Positions 1 through 8,745 of a stretch of 32,000 nt of DNA are shown here, piece by piece. Below the pieces are notes generated by a model that saw only the letters and a list, made by a program, of their open reading frames with translations, made no database searches and was not told the origin of the DNA. Positions within the stretch are counted from its first letter, which is position 1. Each line of letters opens with the position of its first letter. Where the stretch lies: the NCBI GenBank assembly GCA_052146735.1, contig JBKQMK010000202.1, forward strand, positions 4,633 through 36,632, read 5' to 3'. Position numbers and translations under genes: made by a program. The stretch comes from Desulfomonilaceae bacterium. Lineage in GTDB: Bacteria > Desulfobacterota > Desulfomonilia > Desulfomonilales > Desulfomonilaceae.

Positions 1-995
1 AGAGTGGCCCTGATAGCCTGCACCCCGCTGTCGCTATATTCGAGACCGCTGTACATAACCGGAGATGCGCCCCGAGTCGAAGCAATGCGTCTTGCAAGAT
101 CCCGGACTGTTTCCTGAGGGACCCCGGTTATGGACTCCACCACGTCCGGTCGAAAATGTTGAACATAACGCTCAAAATCCTCGAAGCCGTGAGTCCAATT
201 TCGTACGAATGCCTCATCATAAAGCTCTTCTTCTATGAGAATATTACATAGGCCCAAGGCAAGAGCGCCGTCGGTTCCCGGCCGAATTGGTATCCATTGA
301 GCTTCCGTCAGCGTGGCGGTTGCTGTACGCCGAGGATCGATCACCACAACTTCGGCTCCACGGGCGCGGGCATTCATGATTCGGGACATATCCATGGGCG
401 GAGAGTCGGTTGCAGGATTCGCTCCCCACACAACAATAAGCTGTGCATTCTCTATGTCCGAGAACATGTTGATCAGCATTCCGCCCATCGTCACATGCGG
501 CGCAATCATAGCAAAAGATACGTAACAGAGCGCACCGACGCCCAAAGTGTTGGGTGACCCGAAAGGGAAGAGCAGACTTGAAGCAGAAGAGACGGCCACA
601 CCTTTGGGCTGAAAGATGTCACATTTGGCAAGCTCGAAACTGCCACGACCAGTGTATATCGCTGTAGCCTCGGGCCCGTCCTGTGTTTTTATAGCTTGCA
701 GCCTGTCGACTATAATTGTGTAAGCGTCATCCCAGGATATACGTTCAAACTCGTACGTTCCTTTGGGGCCCACTCTACGCAGTGGATGCAGAACTCGATC
801 CTGCGAGTATACTATTTCACCCGAGTGACGGCCGAGCTTACAGATTGCACCCCACTCGGATTCAGTATCTGCTCGCACTTCAGCCACTTTGCCGGATGAA
901 TCGTAAACGACGTTAACCCAACATCCTGCCGGACAGATCCCGCAAATTGCCCGCTTGGAGTTGGAGCTACGGAACTCTTCACATGAAGGTTTCAT
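1..995 (-). CDS. Molybdopterin (MopB-superfamily) oxidoreductase catalytic subunit, N-terminal ~331 codons; the C-terminus lies beyond the left window edge
   Basis: Absent from the ORF track because the frame is open to the window edge. My minus-strand translation from ATG 995-993 reads MKPSCEEFRSSNSKRAICGICPAGCWVNVVYDSSGKVAEVRADTESEWGAICKLGRHSG...LIVVWGANPATDSPP...GAEVVVIDPRRTATA...WIPIRPGTDGALALG, with no stop down to nt 1. It has a CxxCxxxC...C 4Fe-4S motif and blocks typical of molybdopterin oxidoreductases. No twin-arginine leader is visible. Confidence 0.8.
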   Translation of the reverse strand, partial: MKPSCEEFRSSNSKRAICGICPAGCWVNVVYDSSGKVAEVRADTESEWGAICKLGRHSGEIVYSQDRVLHPLRRVGPKGTYEFERISWDDAYTIIVDRLQAIKTQDGPEATAIYTGRGSFELAKCDIFQPKGVAVSSASSLLFPFGSPNTLGVGALCYVSFAMIAPHVTMGGMLINMFSDIENAQLIVVWGANPATDSPPMDMSRIMNARARGAEVVVIDPRRTATATLTEAQWIPIRPGTDGALALGLCNILIEEELYDEAFVRNWTHGFEDFERYVQHFRPDVVESITGVPQETVRDLARRIASTRGASPVMYSGLEYSDSGVQAIRAT

Positions 996-1895
996 CAAAA
1001 CCCCAAAAGGAAAACGCACTATTTCGTCAGTTCACGTTCATTTAGTAAAGAAACTACGTCCATCATGATCCGCCCTGCTGGAACTGACTCTTGTCGCTCT
1101 TTTGTTCGTTTGGCTTAAAGCCACGCTAAACTTAATACTACCAAATGCGAAATGATTGCATAGCCAACGATACGCAGCCCTTTGTTTGAGTGTAAGCTTG
1201 TCGGCTTCTCCGACAACATAATACTAACGTCTCAAGTAATTATGATCGAGGAGATGGGTCGGATGTTTTTTATTCTATTGCTCCACGAGGAGCCGGTGAG
1301 CATTCATGGTCCCACTCTTGCCCCCGCATCCGTTGCCCCGCCCCTCGAAGATCGAACAGGTCGCTCGAAGAAAACTTCACTAAGAGCCGCACGCCGATTC
1401 CACTCGCCTTCTAAAACCTCCCCCTACTTTTCACAACCAGCATTGAAATCATTCTTTTCGTCTACCATTTGTTTGCGTTATCAATGACCTTTCAATGCCT
1501 TCCCCGCTTTCAAACAACGCACCACCTGGTGCTTACCATATTCCAGCGATGTTATTCGTGCTCGCTTTCTCGCTTCTTTTGCTCTCAAGCTTTTCTGTAG
1601 CGCTTCTAATTAGCCCCACAAAAAAGCTCTCGACGTTTCCTCCGCTGCCCGTTTGTAACTTAGTCACTTTATGGCGTCGCTATGACAGCCATTTCTGATC
1701 TTATGGTAGACATCTGAATAGTTCTTGTCAAGTATGTATGGTTTCTTGAACCTGATGAAACATGTACCTGCCGGTTTGAATCGCAAGAACCAATCTAATA
1801 GAAAATTAACTGTCTGTTAATCCGAATCCAACCGAAAAACCATAAGCTCCCACAGGCCATATCATCGTGCCTGACGCTCCTACGAATGTAATCAT

Positions 1896-4151
1896 GTGCC
1901 CCCATCGGTACAATACGGAGGAATGATGTTCGGGTTAAGACAACTCAGCGGCTGCGTGTTCCGAAATCCGATGAAGGTTCTCACGTTGGGTTTAGTATTG
2001 GGCGTAACTTTACTGCCCATTCTGGGTTCCATAGTGTGGAACATGTATGATTCTCTGTCCAAAATTGGGAACAATGAGCTGCAACTTCAGCGACTTATTG
2101 GAACTGTCGCACACCTCAACGAGGTTCTCACCATGTATGCACGGCTGGCCGCCGCAACGGGCGATCCAAAATGGGAGAAGCAATACAGGGCCGTAGAACC
2201 TGAGCTTGATAACGCCATTGTGGGAGTGGCCATGCAGGCACGCGCGGAATATGAGAAGACCTACGTTGCTCAGACCAAGCTCGCGTACACAAAGTTGATA
2301 GAAATGGAATCCGTGGGCTTTGCCCTTGTTCGACAGGGTCGGCACAAGGAAGCTTCCGAACTTCTTTTTAGTGCGCAGTACGACCAGCAGAAAGCCCTGT
2401 ACTCGCAGGGAATCGGCAAAATGACCGAGGCGGTCCAGAAGCGAATAGCAGAAGAGATCAATTTGTTTCGCCAACGCATTTGGCACACTGGTTTTCTGGC
2501 TGTGGCCACTGTGTTGATTCTTCTTGCAGCATGGTTGGGGGCTTACCTCGTTGTCAATAGACACCTAGCTTTGCGTAGGCGGAGCGAGGACGAATTGGCA
2601 GAGGAGAAGGAGCGCCTGGCGGTGACCTTGCGCTCAATCGGCGACGGCGTAATCACCACAGACACTGACGGGACAGTGACTCTGATAAATCGCGTGGCGG
2701 AAGACCTAACCGGTTGGCGACAAGGAGAAGGCACGGGCAAAACCTTGAAGGAAGTGTTCGTGACGACTGACGAAGTCACCGGTGAGCCATCCCAAAGTCT
2801 CGCAGAAAAGGTTCTCGAAGCAGGCTCGATTTTCGGGACCACGAACCACACGCGCCTGATTTCCAAAGACGGCGCAGGGCGAATAATCTCGCATAGTTGG
2901 GCACCCATACGGGACAAAACAAGTGTCGTCGTGGGCGTCGTTCTGGTGTTCAGAGACATCACAGACCAACAGAACATGCTGAAGGAAGCATTAAAGGCGG
3001 AAAAGCTCGAATCCGTAGGTATATTGGCCGGCGGCATAGCCCACGACTTCAACAACATTTTGACCGCGGTAGTGGGGAATCTGTCCCTGGCCAAAATGGG
3101 CGTTAACCCGGAAAGCAAGGTATTCCAATCGCTATCCGAAGCTGAAAAAGCCTCGATCCGAGCCAAGAACCTCACGCAGCAACTGTTGACTTTTTCCAAG
3201 GGAGGAGCTCCGATCAAGAAAGCAGCTTCCATTCGTGAACTCCTGACGGGCTGGTCGGGCTTTGCATTAAGAGGCTCGAACGTGAAGTGTGAGTTCAGAA
3301 TTCAAGAGAATCTCGGGGACGCTGAAATCGACGAGGGCCAGATAGGCCAAGTCATTCACAACCTTATCATTAATGCGGATCAGGCAATGCCTGACGGGGG
3401 AACAATTCGCGTATCCGCCGAAAACTTTACTCTGAGACCGGGCGACAGTCTTCCTTTGACTCAGACTAAATATATCAAAATATCCGTGACTGACGAAGGC
3501 GTAGGAGTGGCCCCGGAACATCTTCCCAAGATATTTGATCCATACTTCACCACCAAAAGAAGTGGCACCGGGCTCGGACTCGCCACATCCTACGCCATAA
3601 TAAAGAGACACGACGGCCATGTCACCGTGGACTCTCTTCCCGCACTTGGAACGACCTTCACGATATACCTGCCAGCGTCGGAAGAGCATGCGCTGCCACA
3701 AGACCAGGCTCCCCATTACATTGAGAGAGGCAAGGGAAAGGTGCTTGTTATGGACGACGAGCCGCTGATCCGCCAGCTTACAAGTGACATGCTGACGCAT
3801 CTAGGATATCAGGTCTGCATCTCCAAGGACGGCTTCGAAGCTCTGGGCCTCTTCGAACGCTCTAAGAAAGAAGGAAAACCTTTCGATGCGGTGATAATGG
3901 ACTTAACCATTCCAGGTGGAATGGGAGGAAAAGAAGCGATAACGAAATTGCTCAGCTTAGATCCGGAGGTCAAAGCTGTAGTTTCCAGCGGTTACTGTAA
4001 TGATCCCATCATGGCAAACTTCAGAAAGTATGGATTTGCCGGAGTGCTTGCCAAGCCCTATACGGCCATACAGATGAGCAAATTGTTGCACACAATCATA
4101 AGCCCAAAGCAGAGCGAATGTCTTAAGACACAGGACAAATCAGTCGGCTAG
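1896..4151 (+). CDS. Hybrid sensor histidine kinase: 2 TM segments with an extracytoplasmic helical domain, then PAS, HisKA, HATPase and receiver domains
   Basis: 751-aa ORF. Hydrophobic segments LTLGLVLGVTLLPILGSIVW and GFLAVATVLILLAAWLGAYLVV bracket a ~170-aa helical region. PAS-like segment LRSIGDGVITTDTDGTVTLINRVAEDLTGW. H-box GGIAHDFNNILT. ATPase boxes HNLIINADQAM, DEGVGV, GTGLGLA. C-terminal receiver VLVMDDEP...AVIMDLTIPGGMGG...LAKP. The start is uncertain: GTG 1896, ATG 1923/1926 or ATG 1971. Confidence 0.9.
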   Translation: MPPSVQYGGMMFGLRQLSGCVFRNPMKVLTLGLVLGVTLLPILGSIVWNMYDSLSKIGNNELQLQRLIGTVAHLNEVLTMYARLAAATGDPKWEKQYRAVEPELDNAIVGVAMQARAEYEKTYVAQTKLAYTKLIEMESVGFALVRQGRHKEASELLFSAQYDQQKALYSQGIGKMTEAVQKRIAEEINLFRQRIWHTGFLAVATVLILLAAWLGAYLVVNRHLALRRRSEDELAEEKERLAVTLRSIGDGVITTDTDGTVTLINRVAEDLTGWRQGEGTGKTLKEVFVTTDEVTGEPSQSLAEKVLEAGSIFGTTNHTRLISKDGAGRIISHSWAPIRDKTSVVVGVVLVFRDITDQQNMLKEALKAEKLESVGILAGGIAHDFNNILTAVVGNLSLAKMGVNPESKVFQSLSEAEKASIRAKNLTQQLLTFSKGGAPIKKAASIRELLTGWSGFALRGSNVKCEFRIQENLGDAEIDEGQIGQVIHNLIINADQAMPDGGTIRVSAENFTLRPGDSLPLTQTKYIKISVTDEGVGVAPEHLPKIFDPYFTTKRSGTGLGLATSYAIIKRHDGHVTVDSLPALGTTFTIYLPASEEHALPQDQAPHYIERGKGKVLVMDDEPLIRQLTSDMLTHLGYQVCISKDGFEALGLFERSKKEGKPFDAVIMDLTIPGGMGGKEAITKLLSLDPEVKAVVSSGYCNDPIMANFRKYGFAGVLAKPYTAIQMSKLLHTIISPKQSECLKTQDKSVG

Positions 4152-4231
4152 TGCCGTACATTGCTATAGGTGCCGCCACCGCAGTGGTGCTAGTGCTGTA
4201 CGTCTCTGTAGGTTCTGCCACAGTACCGCAT
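4148..4231. repeat. Imperfect tandem direct repeat, two units of ~42 bp, at the kinase stop codon
   Basis: Unit 1 is ctagtgccgtacattgctataggtgccgccac... (4148-4189). Unit 2 is ctagtgctgtacgtctctgtaggttctgccac... (4190-4231). 25 of the first 32 positions are identical with no gaps. Confidence 0.5.
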
Positions 4232-4484
4232 GCTCTCTATTGCTCTGGCTGAACTAACAAGGACCCGAAATCGGGACGCCATGCACCTGACTTGATAAAG
4301 TAACCGAGATTTAGTTTGCCGCTAATACTGCACTAACCTTCGGCCCTTACACATGCCCGTGCAGCGTCTTCACCTGCTTCTTGGCCTCTTGGCGAAGACA
4401 CCCGGATCGGAACATCCGGGGCCGGTGTTGTTGTTTTCCTACGCTCGCGAGAAAATTCACAGTTGGGAAGAGAGGAATTGCTCA

Positions 4485-5351
4485 ATGAGTTGGTGTCGTA
4501 ATGTAGGGTTGGCTGTTGTCTTTGCAATTCTAATCAATGGAGCGGTGTGGAGTTTGCCCGTACAAGGCGAGAATTCGGCTATGGTCCACCTCAGTGGCTC
4601 CAGATACTTGTATTTCACCGTAACGGATCTCGCCAGGCGCTACATGGAGCACGATGCTGAAACCAAAGTGATAGTTACTCACGCGGATCAGCAGTCCTAC
4701 GTGCAATCGCTTATGGATAACACCAGTGACGCAATCATGACACTGGGAAAAATGGAACAGGACTTAAAGGAAGAGGCAGTGGAACAAGGAATCCACCTAC
4801 AGGAGAAGATTGTGGCCTGGGGCGGGGTGGTGCTCGTAACGGACCCGAAAAATCCGGTCAATGAACTAACTATGGACCAGGTCCGGAAGATATTCCTTGG
4901 CGAACATGTCAATTGGGCGGAAGTGGGCGGCCTAGATGAGCCTATTGTGACGATGTCCCGAGATGAAGCCGTGTCGGGCACAGAGCGATTTTTTCGTGAA
5001 TTTGTGCTCCATGGTTTTCCGCTGGTGCAGCAGACCGTCAAATTGTTTGACCCCGACATAGTCCGGGCTGTTTGGAAACGGAGGGGTTCCATAGCCGATG
5101 CGCGCTATACCGAGGCAGTGAGGGGCAGGATTAGGGGTATGGTGAAGATAATTGCCCTTAAGGAAGACGAGGGGTCTCCGGCCATCATGCCGTCCGTGGA
5201 CACCATTGAAGAGCACACCTACCCCTTGTCCGCTCCTCAGGTCATGTACTATGACGTGAAATCCAACTCGCGCGGCCTCAAGGAATTTGTCGACTTCTGC
5301 GCTGACCGGGGCCTCGGTACACATCACGCATGGTTGAAGAAGCAGAGATAA
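4485..5351 (+). CDS. Periplasmic PstS-family (PBP_like_2-type) substrate-binding protein, orphan paralog 1
   Basis: Signal-like N-terminus MSWCRNVGLAVVFAILINGAVWSL after an AGAGGA Shine-Dalgarno (SD). Motifs DPKNPVNELTMDQVRKIFLGEHVNWAEVGG and SRDEAVSGTERFFREF are typical of the phosphate-binding-protein fold. Collinear with the 6108-6959 protein at roughly half identical positions. The track start at 4353 is probably too far upstream. Confidence 0.75.
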   Translation: MSWCRNVGLAVVFAILINGAVWSLPVQGENSAMVHLSGSRYLYFTVTDLARRYMEHDAETKVIVTHADQQSYVQSLMDNTSDAIMTLGKMEQDLKEEAVEQGIHLQEKIVAWGGVVLVTDPKNPVNELTMDQVRKIFLGEHVNWAEVGGLDEPIVTMSRDEAVSGTERFFREFVLHGFPLVQQTVKLFDPDIVRAVWKRRGSIADARYTEAVRGRIRGMVKIIALKEDEGSPAIMPSVDTIEEHTYPLSAPQVMYYDVKSNSRGLKEFVDFCADRGLGTHHAWLKKQR

Positions 5352-5382
5352 ACCTCTCTTCCAGATTATTTATCGGAGTGCT

Positions 5383-5438
5383 CGGGCCGACGCAATTTGT
5401 ACCCCCCCAATTGAGACCGGCGTCGGCCCGTTTATATA
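5383..5438 (+). terminator. Candidate intrinsic terminator after binding-protein paralog 1
   Basis: Perfect 11-bp GC-rich inverted repeat CGGGCCGACGC (5383-5393) / GCGTCGGCCCG (5420-5430). The loop has an inner AATT/AATT pairing. The repeat is followed by tttatata. The loop is long (26 nt), so confidence is moderate. Confidence 0.5.
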
Positions 5439-5588
5439 CAAATTCAGTTAGCCGCTTCCGCAGGGACAGAGAAATCTTGATCGATGGTGTCAACGCGGAT
5501 CCTGTAGCGAGACCACGTAGAAATGCATGGTCTTCGGGTCAAGTATTTGATATGGCGAAGGAAATGAAAGGACATCGAGGGTAATCAA

Positions 5589-5943
5589 ATGCACGGGAGT
5601 GGTGAGGCGGAAAGAGAGACAATTCGACCTGAATTTGATCCTTCAATCATGATCGATTTTCAGGGGGACAAGATTACTTGTGGCACGGGTTTTCCGTTGC
5701 TTTGAGCGATAGACGACCGCTTTGGCATTTTTGATCGAATCGGGAGCGAACAGGAGGATACCAGATCCAGGGTTCGCAGCAAACTCTCTCAGCTTCAAAT
5801 GGCCTGGTAGAGGAGCTATCAGATAGCGGCTGGGTATAGCGCGCCGCATAATTCCGCCTTGTTCGGAGGACGTGATCCCCTTGTCAAGCAGTTGCGCCCG
5901 CGAAACGGTTCCCCGACCACGGCTGAAGTCAAGAATTCATGCG
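5589..5943 (+). pseudogene. Decayed N-terminal fragment of an IS1380/IS4-like DDE transposase
   Basis: One frame reads MHGSGEAERETIRPEFDPSIMIDFQGDKITCGTGFPLL*AIDDRFGIFDRIGSEQEDTRSRVRSKLSQLQMAW*RSYQIAAGYSAPHNSALFGGRDPLVKQLRP. It resembles the conserved N-terminus of IS1380-type transposases (ID/VDFxGxxITSDxGxLLLRExDxRxGI...RxYQIAxGYEDxND...DPL). It has two in-frame stops, and no DDE catalytic region follows. Confidence 0.55.
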
Positions 5944-6107
5944 CCTAGTGGATGCAGAGTCACGCATAACTGGTTTGTGAGAAACTATGTTCAAACAATA
6001 TCTTAATTTCAATCTAATCGTGTCTTAACCCATGTAACCAAGAATCTGAGTCTCGGTATTAATAGAGGTCCTGATTAGAAACGGCTCTCCTTAGAAAGGA
6101 AGATATT

Positions 6108-6959
6108 ATGTGTAAACGGTTGGTTTTCGTCGCGTGCGTGTTGACTATTTCAGCCGCACTTGTGGATCACAGTTTCGCTCAAGACAAAAATAGCCTGAAA
6201 ATCCAAGGGTCAAAATATGTAGCCTTTACGTTGACTGATTGGGCGAAGGCCTACATGGATCAACAGCCAAATGCCTCGATCAAGGTTGAGGCTGTCGACT
6301 CCGTGGAAGGATTCCAATCATTCCTGAAGCGGAGTTCTGATGCTCTGGCCGTGTTCGGACAGTTGGAGGAGGACGAGAAGGGTGAAGCAGAGGAGAAAGG
6401 CATGGTCGTCACGGAAAGGATCATCGGTTGGGGCGCAGTCGCCATCATTACGCATCCGAAGAATCCGGTCAATGAGCTTTCGATCGATCAGGTCAAGAAG
6501 ATCTTCTCAGGAGCCTACAAGAACTGGAACCAGGTGGGCGGCCCCGATCTTCCGATCGTCGCAATCACCAGAGATGAGGCAATGTCAGGCACTGAAAGGC
6601 TTTTTAGGGACCTTGTCCTCGATGGTTCGCCAGTGGACCAGGACACCAAGCGCCTGCTCTCGTATGACATAATACGTGCCGTTTTAAAGGATCCCGGCTC
6701 TATTGCCGATGCCCGTTACACAGAGGCCATTCGCGGCAGGATTAAAGGAATGGCGAAGATCCTTGCTCTCAAAAAAGATGAAAGCAGCCCGGCGGTAATG
6801 CCGTCAGCGGAAACATTGCAGAACCGCTCATATCTTCTCTCTGCTCCGATGGTTATTTGCTACGATTCAAAAGAGAATTCCGGTGTCCTACAAGCATTCA
6901 CCGAATTTTGTTCAAAGAGAGGATTAGGGGAACGGTTCGCGGAATCTCAGTCGAGATAG
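6108..6959 (+). CDS. Periplasmic PstS-family (PBP_like_2-type) substrate-binding protein, orphan paralog 2
   Basis: SD gaaaggaag upstream. Signal peptide MCKRLVFVACVLTISAALVDHSFA-QD. Motifs HPKNPVNELSIDQVKKIFSGAYKNWNQVGG, TRDEAMSGTERLFRDL and GSIADARYTEAIRGRIKGMAKILALK are shared with the 4485-5351 protein. Confidence 0.8.
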   Translation: MCKRLVFVACVLTISAALVDHSFAQDKNSLKIQGSKYVAFTLTDWAKAYMDQQPNASIKVEAVDSVEGFQSFLKRSSDALAVFGQLEEDEKGEAEEKGMVVTERIIGWGAVAIITHPKNPVNELSIDQVKKIFSGAYKNWNQVGGPDLPIVAITRDEAMSGTERLFRDLVLDGSPVDQDTKRLLSYDIIRAVLKDPGSIADARYTEAIRGRIKGMAKILALKKDESSPAVMPSAETLQNRSYLLSAPMVICYDSKENSGVLQAFTEFCSKRGLGERFAESQSR

Positions 6960-7487
6960 CATTTTCTCGCACCTAATTACTCGTGTAACCTGAATCGGCC
7001 CTGATGCATCCAAGTCGGACAGTCGGTGTTGACTGCAGGATCTGAAGATCTTTGTGGCCCCGTTAAGTGAGAGGCTGCGGGGATTGGCTATGGAAAGCCC
7101 TGTGGTTGATGGGCACTCTCGAGCGTGGAGCCTGCATCACCATTTGCCTTCGGCCTTCTCCCTCGATCGGCACTACCGGCCGGCATAGAGGTGCGAAGAT
7201 CATAGTTGACTGGAGGCTGAGCGTTGAAGTATGTTCAAAAAGAGGACAAAACAGGAGCTTTCATCGACATGGAGACAGTTTTGCCGCTGTCGGATCTTGG
7301 AAGGGGCCGTGCTGGGACCTTTCGGGGAGGTCGGAGAACCAGCGTGCGACGAGCACAGATCCAGAAACCGTGGAAAAGGAAAAGCTGCCGCATAATTCGG
7401 GTTCAAGACTATTAGGATAGAACGGTCGCAGCACAGTTTCGGATGAGCTGTTCACCTTCAACCACACATTTGGGGAGGAGGAATGCC

Positions 7488-8069
7488 ATGGGAGCCAAGA
7501 AGATTCTGATGTTGGTCGGGGACTACGTAGAGGATTACGAGGTGATGGTGCCGTTCCAGGCCTTGCTGATGGTCGGGCATACAGTTCACGCGGTTTGCCC
7601 TGACAAGAAGGCCGGCGACATAGTGAGAACCGCAATTCACGACTTTGAGGGGGACCAGACCTACAGCGAGAAGCGGGGGCATAATTTCACCTTGAACGCA
7701 ACATTCTCGGAAATAAAGGCTGAAGATTACGATGCTCTGGTGATTCCGGGCGGACGCGCTCCAGAATACATAAGACTCAACGAAGGAGTGCTCAAAGTAG
7801 TACGCCATTTTGCCGAGAAAAACAAACCCATAGCCGCTATTTGCCACGGAGCGCAGGTGTTGGCCGCTGCGGGGGTTGTTGAGGGAAAATCGTGTTCGGC
7901 CTATCCGGCTGTGGGGCCTGACGTCAATAGTGCGGGCGGAAAATGGGTAAACATTCCTTTGGACAAGGCCCACGTGGACGGCAACCTCGTTACAGCACCT
8001 GCGTGGCCTGCGCACCCAGATTGGGTGGCAAAGTTCCTTCAGGTGCTCGGCACCAAGATTGAGCCGTAA
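7488..8069 (+). CDS. DJ-1/PfpI family protein (class I glutamine-amidotransferase-like)
   Basis: GGGGAGGAGG lies 6 nt before ATG 7488. [26 protein letters not shown]...[14 protein letters not shown]...[29 protein letters not shown] contains the nucleophile-elbow Cys-His (ICHG) of PfpI/DJ-1 proteins. Confidence 0.85.
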   Translation: MGAKKILMLVGDYVEDYEVMVPFQALLMVGHTVHAVCPDKKAGDIVRTAIHDFEGDQTYSEKRGHNFTLNATFSEIKAEDYDALVIPGGRAPEYIRLNEGVLKVVRHFAEKNKPIAAICHGAQVLAAAGVVEGKSCSAYPAVGPDVNSAGGKWVNIPLDKAHVDGNLVTAPAWPAHPDWVAKFLQVLGTKIEP

Positions 8070-8111
8070 CAACGGCCGCGGAGCTTCAGATATTCCCGAT
8101 TGTATGGGCCT

Positions 8112-8136
8112 GGGGGCGCAGTCGGTTTACGCCCCC
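8112..8136 (+). terminator. GC-rich hairpin downstream of the DJ-1/PfpI gene (possible terminator, no U-tract)
   Basis: GGGGGCG (8112-8118), an 11-nt loop, then CGCCCCC (8130-8136), 43 nt after the stop codon. No T-run follows. Confidence 0.3.
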
Positions 8137-8405
8137 CATCGTTCCCGTTCGGTCTGGCCGGTACCGTATCCCTGGTTACCAGGCTCTGCCTGGTAACTCC
8201 CTTGTTCCGGGCTCCGCCCGATATGAGCCACGATTGCGAAATCTGGAAGGCCGGATTCCGGATTGGGGGCAGAACCTGGGAACCAGGTGTAGTGCATGGT
8301 GCCACGGACGAGCCGGTCGGCACGTTCGTGGCACCAATGTTTCGAGCACTTTCATGCTTCGTTGTGGCGCTTTCAACCGTAGAATCCGGCATGAAATCGC
8401 TGGGT

Positions 8406-8624
8406 TCACTTGAATCTGACACAATCTTTGATCATTGTCAGGGAATCGTCTATATGTCCGAGTCGTTTCTCGAATCCTGTGAGTGACCCGTTTGAGCCGT
8501 TTGTTTCCCCTGAACGAACGAGAAGTTTTTCCAACAGTCTAGTTTGTGCATTCACGACTTCCGTAAGTTGATCGATTTTTGAATGCATCACCCTTACCTC
8601 ATCCGGAACCGGTAAAAATCCCAT
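8406..8624 (-). CDS. Small hypothetical protein (~72 aa, predicted helical) downstream of pstS
   Basis: ATG 8624 is preceded by ggaaaggaaag. The product is MGFLPVPDEVRVMHSKIDQLTEVVNAQTRLLEKLLVRSGETNGSNGSLTGFEKRLGHIDDSLTMIKDCVRFK. I recognise no family. It is on the same strand as pstS. Confidence 0.35.
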   Translation of the reverse strand: MGFLPVPDEVRVMHSKIDQLTEVVNAQTRLLEKLLVRSGETNGSNGSLTGFEKRLGHIDDSLTMIKDCVRFK

Positions 8625-8745
8625 GAAGAAGACTTTCCTTTCCAATCTGCAGTTGGGCTTTCTGATCGAGGGCTTAACGCAGCATTCCACTTCAATCCCA
8701 TTCGGCTGAAATTATTAGCTTTGCGTCTTACCGCTTATCGCGCCC

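Noticed and set aside
1182-1698. ORFs 1182-1487 and 1495-1698 (+) in the 900-bp spacer.
   Set aside because: They give low-complexity Pro/Ser/Leu-rich products that derive from the C/T-rich strand. They have no SD and no recognisable domain.
2010-3800. Long antisense ORFs opposite the histidine kinase (2010-2564, 2543-3232, 3267-3800). The same phenomenon occurs opposite other genes, e.g. 7458-8072, 12413-12985, 16956-17474, 20058-20516 and 24867-25403.
   Set aside because: They are shadow ORFs of well-supported genes. They have no SD sequences, no recognisable motifs, and the arginine/serine/proline-rich composition typical of antisense frames.
7285-7350. Nested short helices (GGATCT...AGATCC enclosing CTGG...CCAG and GACC...GGTC) in the long gap upstream of the DJ-1/PfpI gene. 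I considered a possible riboswitch or leader.
   Set aside because: The helices are only 4-6 bp. I recognise no conserved riboswitch core, and this level of pairing is common by chance.
8329-8345. Sigma-54-like element TGGCAC-caatg-TTTCG on the plus strand.
   Set aside because: The -12 element is imperfect (TTTC, not TTGC). The TGGCAC is simply the arm of the 36-nt hairpin. No plus-strand gene follows for 2 kb.
8039-8486. ORFs 8100-8486 (+), 8039-8422 (-) and 8176-8424 (-) in the gap between the DJ-1/PfpI gene and pstS.
   Set aside because: They have no SD sequences and overlap one another. Their sequence is dominated by the GC-rich hairpins, and I recognise no protein motif.
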